From: Nemertoderma westbladi | Taxonomy: Eukaryota; Animalia; Xenacoelomorpha | Length of the DNA: 34,337 nucleotides | Assembly: GCA_032718475.1 (NCBI GenBank) | Contig: JAUCBJ010006794.1 | Span: forward strand, 1-34,337 | Reading direction: 5' to 3' | In this document: piece after piece, positions 29,913 to 34,337 of the stretch | Layout: every line of letters begins with the position of its first letter | How positions within the stretch are numbered: position 1 is the first letter of the stretch | Notes under the pieces: model-generated | The model's database searches: none | Seen by the model: only the letters and a program-made list of their open reading frames with translations | What the model was told of the DNA's origin: nothing | Position numbers and translations under genes: made by a program

Positions 29913-31076
29913 ATGTCCCCTATTATTCTCCCTAACAATTGTAGGTTTACTGATCTTGTTATTCTAAATACTCACAAGATAGTTTTTCACGAAGGAGAAG
30001 ATCATACCTTAAATAATTTAAGACAAACCTACTGGGTTCCTAAAGCAAGATCTTTGATTCGTAAGCTTTTATTTCGTTGTACATTTTGTAAGAAACGTCG
30101 AGCTCGGCCTGTTGCTCCTCTTATGGCTGCTTTACCCCGGCCGCGATTGTCTCCTATGACATTTCCATTCCGAAACATGGGTATAGACTATTTCGGTCCA
30201 CTTTATGTCCGTCATCTTAGACGAACAGAGAAACGTTATTGTCTTCTCGTAACTTGCCTTGTAACAAGGGCAGTCCATTTAGAGATTGTCCATTCCATGG
30301 ATACAGACAGTTTTCTTATGGGCTTTCGTAGAGTATTTGCCCGTCGTGGTACCCCCGCTATTGTTTATAGTGATAATGGCAGCAATTTCACTAGTGGTGA
30401 AAAGGAACTCCGAGAGTGCCTTGAAGTTCTTGATCAGTCTTCTATCAAAAATACTCTAGCTCAGAAGGGAATTACATGGCATTTTAATCCCCCTGCTGCA
30501 CCACATTTTGGTGGTGTTTGGGAACGTCTGGTTAGATCCGCAAAGAAAGCTTTAAAAGTGATTCTTGGTAACCAGCGTGTAACAGATGAGGTTCTCGAAA
30601 CAGTTATCGTTGAGGTCGAACATTTAATGAATAGTCGTCCACTCACGCATATTAGCATAGATCCTCATGAACCAGAAGCAATAACACCGAACCACATCGT
30701 ACTTGGTCGTGGTAATCCCAATGTAGCCCCTGCTTTTGTCGATGATTCTGACATTGGCAGTAAGAAACGTTGGTTGTCTACTCAAGCTTTAATAAACAAC
30801 TTCTGGAAGCGATGGATGACTGAATATGTTCCATCTCAAATTGAACGTAAAATTTGGTTAAGAGATCGCAGAAACTTATGTCCTGGGGACATAGTTCTTG
30901 TTGTATTCTCGAACTCTCCCAGGGGACATTGGCCTCTTGGCAAAGTTTTGGAAACCTTTCCCGGGTCTGACGGAGTTGTCCGTTCCGTTAAGGTCCGTGT
31001 AAATGGAAAAGACTATACTCGACCCGCTGTAAAAGTATGCCTCTTAGAAGAGGCTAACAATGAAAGAAATGTGTAA
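29913..31076 (+). CDS. pol: BEL/Pao integrase (linked to RT-RH through an intermediate frame at 29776-29915)
   Basis: H..H..CTFC zinc finger, GIDYFGP, SDNGSNF, PHFGGVWERLV, NSRPL, WPLGKV, RPAVKVCLL. The intermediate frame reads NEIANL...DEDGLLRVGGRI. Confidence 0.9.
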   Translation: MSPIILPNNCRFTDLVILNTHKIVFHEGEDHTLNNLRQTYWVPKARSLIRKLLFRCTFCKKRRARPVAPLMAALPRPRLSPMTFPFRNMGIDYFGPLYVRHLRRTEKRYCLLVTCLVTRAVHLEIVHSMDTDSFLMGFRRVFARRGTPAIVYSDNGSNFTSGEKELRECLEVLDQSSIKNTLAQKGITWHFNPPAAPHFGGVWERLVRSAKKALKVILGNQRVTDEVLETVIVEVEHLMNSRPLTHISIDPHEPEAITPNHIVLGRGNPNVAPAFVDDSDIGSKKRWLSTQALINNFWKRWMTEYVPSQIERKIWLRDRRNLCPGDIVLVVFSNSPRGHWPLGKVLETFPGSDGVVRSVKVRVNGKDYTRPAVKVCLLEEANNERNV

Positions 31077-31106
31077 CTCCTCTTACATCGTAGTTAGGGC
31101 CGGCTT

Positions 31107-31558
31107 TGTTACAGCCGGTCTCGTTTACCTTAACTTATTGTGCTATATCTTATTGTGCTATATGTTATTCCACCTACCGGTCATTTCACAAACTGAATAT
31201 ATTATTAGCCAATAGAAATTAGCCACCTTTATGTTTGGTATATATACTTATCTGTGTGTGTCATTATGTACTTCGGTTGTATAAACTCATTCGGCATTCT
31301 GTTCTTTGTTAGTTATAATTCATTAGGCCTAGGTCTAGGTATTCATGTCTTCATCGTATGTAATGTAATATTATTGTTTAGACCTACCTGCATCTGGAGA
31401 CACATATGTAACTCGTAACACTGTAACAAGTAACCATTAAATGTAACATAAGTAACTTCATTATTATACTTTCCGATTTTCTCAACTATATTGCGGCGAA
31501 TGTATGACAGGCCGACTTTTCTCGCTCACCCGGCTCTAAACGCAGTTCCGTCATTTCA
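31107..31558 (+). repeat. 3' LTR
   Basis: Matches the 5' LTR; preceded by PPT-like agttagggccggc and followed by TSD caaag. Confidence 0.95.
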
Positions 31559-31578
31559 CAAAGCTTAGTTAGTAGGAC

Positions 31579-32335
31579 GGTAATGGTGAAAAATATCGAG
31601 ACTTTAAATATATCGAGAGTAAAAATAACGAGTGTAAAAATATCGAGAGTAAAATAACGAGTGTTGAAAATGAACGTGTTTAAAGAATATCGAGAGTAAA
31701 AATATCGAGAGTAAAAATATCGAAAATAATGAGAAAAATATCGAGTGTTGAAAAATATCGAGTGTTGAAAAATATCGAGAGTAAAAATAACACGAGATGA
31801 AAAATATCGAAAATAATGAGAAAAATATCGAGTTTTGAAAAATATCGAGAGTAAAAATATTGCATTCTGCGTGAGCATTTTATTTAGAATTATGGGAGAA
31901 TATTGCAGTGCATGGGTTACAACAGTGCAAGTGCAAGTAAGTGGCATTAATACACCTTGGGTACCCATTCACCAGATTTATTATACTAGCTATTTTTTGC
32001 TATTTTTTAATAAATATTATAAAAAAGTGCTAGCTCTCAATTTGGATAAATATTTTTGTTCTAGATCACATTTTTTTGTACTAGAACATTTTTGGGAAAA
32101 AAGTTATCATACAACCCGTATTAAAAAAAAATTGTTACTATCGATATTTTTACTCTCAATTTTTTCAACACTCGATATTTTTCAGCACTCGATAATTTTA
32201 CTCTCGATATTTTTCAACACTCGATATCTTTCAACACTCTTTATTTTTACTCTCAATATTTTTACTCTCGATATTTTTACTCGCGTTATTTTTACTCTCG
32301 ATATTTTTCATGTCTCAATATTTTTCCATATAACC
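31579..32335. mobile_element. Foldback-type non-autonomous DNA transposon with modular TIRs and 8-bp TSD (Merlin- or MULE/FB-like)
   Basis: TSD AGTAGGAC (31571-31578 and 32336-32343). Termini GGTAAT.../...ATAACC. Arms are built from ~16-bp aaaaatatcgagagta repeats and their reverse complement. Confidence 0.8.
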
Positions 32336-32388
32336 AGTAGGACCTCGTAAAGGCGTGGTACGTGGAGTACGAGTACGTGGGGTTCGTG

Positions 32389-32970
32389 GAGTAACAGAAA
32401 CTGACGGATTCTTCGCGAATATTGCAAACGTCGCAAATTTTGCAAACGTCGCGAACGTCGGAAATTTTATGTTATGTAAAATGGACACTCCTTAAGCAAC
32501 ACGGTCCCTACTTCGCCCTGTCGACACCCCAGCCATTTTCCACCAATCCTTTTTTAGAGTTTTTTAATTTTTTTGGTATTGGTGAAAGTTCTAGAACATT
32601 AGTAGATATGTTTTTTACGATGGCTAGTGTTTTTTTGCTTGCTAGTATTTTTTCAAATTATAAAAAAATGTGAAAGTCCATGATATTTCAGGTTAAACTG
32701 TTGAAGAATATATTAATGACCAAAACTATTTCCAAAAATTACTAGCTAGTATAAAATACTAGCTATATATATATACCATAAAAAATCTACTAAGGTTCTA
32801 GAACATTCACTAATATAAAAAAAGCACTAAAAAACCCCAAAAAATGTTAAAAACTCATTCGGGACCCTTTTGCTTAAGGAGTCAAAATTGTAGAAAAAAT
32901 TCCCGAAGTTTGCGACGTTTGCTAAATTTGCGACGTTTGCGAATAATCCGTCAGTTTCTGTGCCCTAATG
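32389..32970. mobile_element. MITE with long imperfect TIRs
   Basis: cagaaactgacggatt...gcaaacgtcgcaaatt...actccttaagcaa versus ttgcttaaggagt...aatttgcgacgtttgc...aatccgtcagtttctg. Candidate TSD ggttcgtg at 32381-32388 and 32971-32978. Confidence 0.7.
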
Positions 32971-33211
32971 GGTTCGTGCCGAAACAATCAAATCTTACAC
33001 ACTTAACACACACGAAATAATTTTAAGTGGGTATTAGTATGCCTGAATAATTAAATAGAAATTGAATTAATGGACGATATTTCATCATGAAATCTACGGA
33101 ATTAATACACAACACACGTCACTACTGAATTTAAAAATCTATATACTGTAGATTGCAATTTATATTTGGCTACCTTTTAATGTGACTAATTGAATTATTC
33201 ACCCCTATATA

Positions 33212-34120
33212 CACCATGTCCCAGAATATAGTGTCGTAATTCAGTGACACGCCCCCCCCCCCCCCCCTAATTTTTCTACAAATCTTAATGAGATTGCATG
33301 AAATTTGAAACAGAGATAGTTTCACCTCCCGACCACTAACTGGGTGAGCCAGAATTTTTATTTTTGCTTTCAATCTTTGGCTACATGCGTTTAAAAAAGT
33401 GTCTCCAGCGATATTGCACCAGTTACACCGCATTTATTCTTCAACTTTATAGTGATTTGTTGGTACCAATGGAAAGCTGGCCCTGCAAGGATTCTAAATA
33501 TGTAACACAATTTGAATTGCGTTGAAAAATAGCGGAGATATGGGCGTTCAAATGTTGCATGGTTTTGCACCGGCGGAGGTTATTTTATTCTATTTAATAA
33601 ATGCATCATAATCTGGAATATTTTGTTCATCCAAATCCGTAGCTGGGCAACAATGCATTACATCTTTAATCATACTATTACGTAGCTATTCATACATTCA
33701 AAAAATGTTCCAGAATATGGTTTATTTATTAAATAGAATAAAATAACCTCGCGCCGGTGCAAAACCATGCAACATTTGAACGCGCATATCTCAGCTATTT
33801 TTCAACAAAATTCAAATTGTGTTACATATTTGGAATCCTTGCATGACCAGCTTTCCATTGGTACCAACAAACAGCTATAAGGTAGAAGAATAACTGCGGT
33901 GTAACTGGTGTAATATCGCTGGAGACACTTTATTTAAACGCTTGTAGCTAAAGATTGAAAGCAAAAATAAAAATTCTGGCTCACCCAGTAAGGAGGAGGG
34001 AGGTGAAACTATCTCTGTTTCAAATTTCATGCAATCTCATTAAGATGTAGAAAAATTAGGGGGGGGGGGGGGGGGGGGGGCGTGTCACTGAATTACGACA
34101 CTATATTCTGGGACATGGTG
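33212..34120. mobile_element. 909-bp foldback MITE with ~420-bp TIRs and TA TSD (Tc1/mariner-like)
   Basis: ta|caccatgtcccagaatatagtgtcgtaattcagtgacacg[C]n... is mirrored by ...[G]ncgtgtcactgaattacgacactatattctgggacatggtg|ta. The arms stay alignable to about 33625/33700. Confidence 0.9.
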
Positions 34121-34337
34121 TATATTTGTAGCCTTTTTAATTTGTGCCTTTAATTGAATCAAACATTAAACTAAAATATATGTCACAATATTGATCTGTC
34201 TGTAGCTGGTCAATGAATCTCTCATCAATTTGTTAATTAGTCGCTGCTCAGTCATTGAACAATTGAACACGTGCTGCTCGAAGACCCCACAACGTGTATA
34301 AATGGCTTTAAGCATGAGGGTTTTTGTATTAGAGTAA

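Larger units (their letters stand above)
23437..31558 (+). mobile_element. Full-length BEL/Pao LTR retrotransposon (8.1 kb), recent insertion
   Basis: Two 452-bp TG...CA LTRs, 5-bp TSD CAAAG (23432-23436 and 31559-31563), PBS, PPT-like tract and gag-PR-RT-RH-IN domain order. Confidence 0.96.

Noticed and set aside
31580-32335. CRISPR-like array
   Set aside because: The repeats have no unique spacers, are mirrored as inverted arms with a TSD, and the DNA is eukaryotic.
31486-32673. ORFs 31486-31968, 31680-31865, 31835-32350 and 32422-32673
   Set aside because: Low-complexity translations of MITE repeats.

Overview
AT-rich eukaryotic (probably invertebrate animal) genomic DNA, almost entirely transposable elements around one host-type gene, an intronless MOB1/mats kinase activator (5796-6479, minus). 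From left to right: small MITEs and two 3' LINE fragments; a 5'-truncated BEL/Pao pol (7415-11275) followed by a PPT / very short LTR-like / tRNA-His PBS-like junction; a 4.2-kb intronless coding unit (14057-18309, two ORFs overlapping in -1 frame) whose second half has WRN/RNase D-like DEDDy 3'-5' exonuclease motifs, three CCHC zinc knuckles and a basic tail; an RT-less, TSD-flanked CRE-like (restriction-like endonuclease) non-LTR element (18890-21796, minus); a complete BEL/Pao LTR retrotransposon with apparently identical 452-bp LTRs, a CAAAG TSD and three frameshifts (23437-31558); and a tight cluster of foldback/MITE DNA elements (31579-34120). The most novel candidate is the exonuclease-zinc-knuckle unit, which may be an accessory ORF carried by a BEL/Pao element. 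All calls come from reading motifs by eye; no searches were run.
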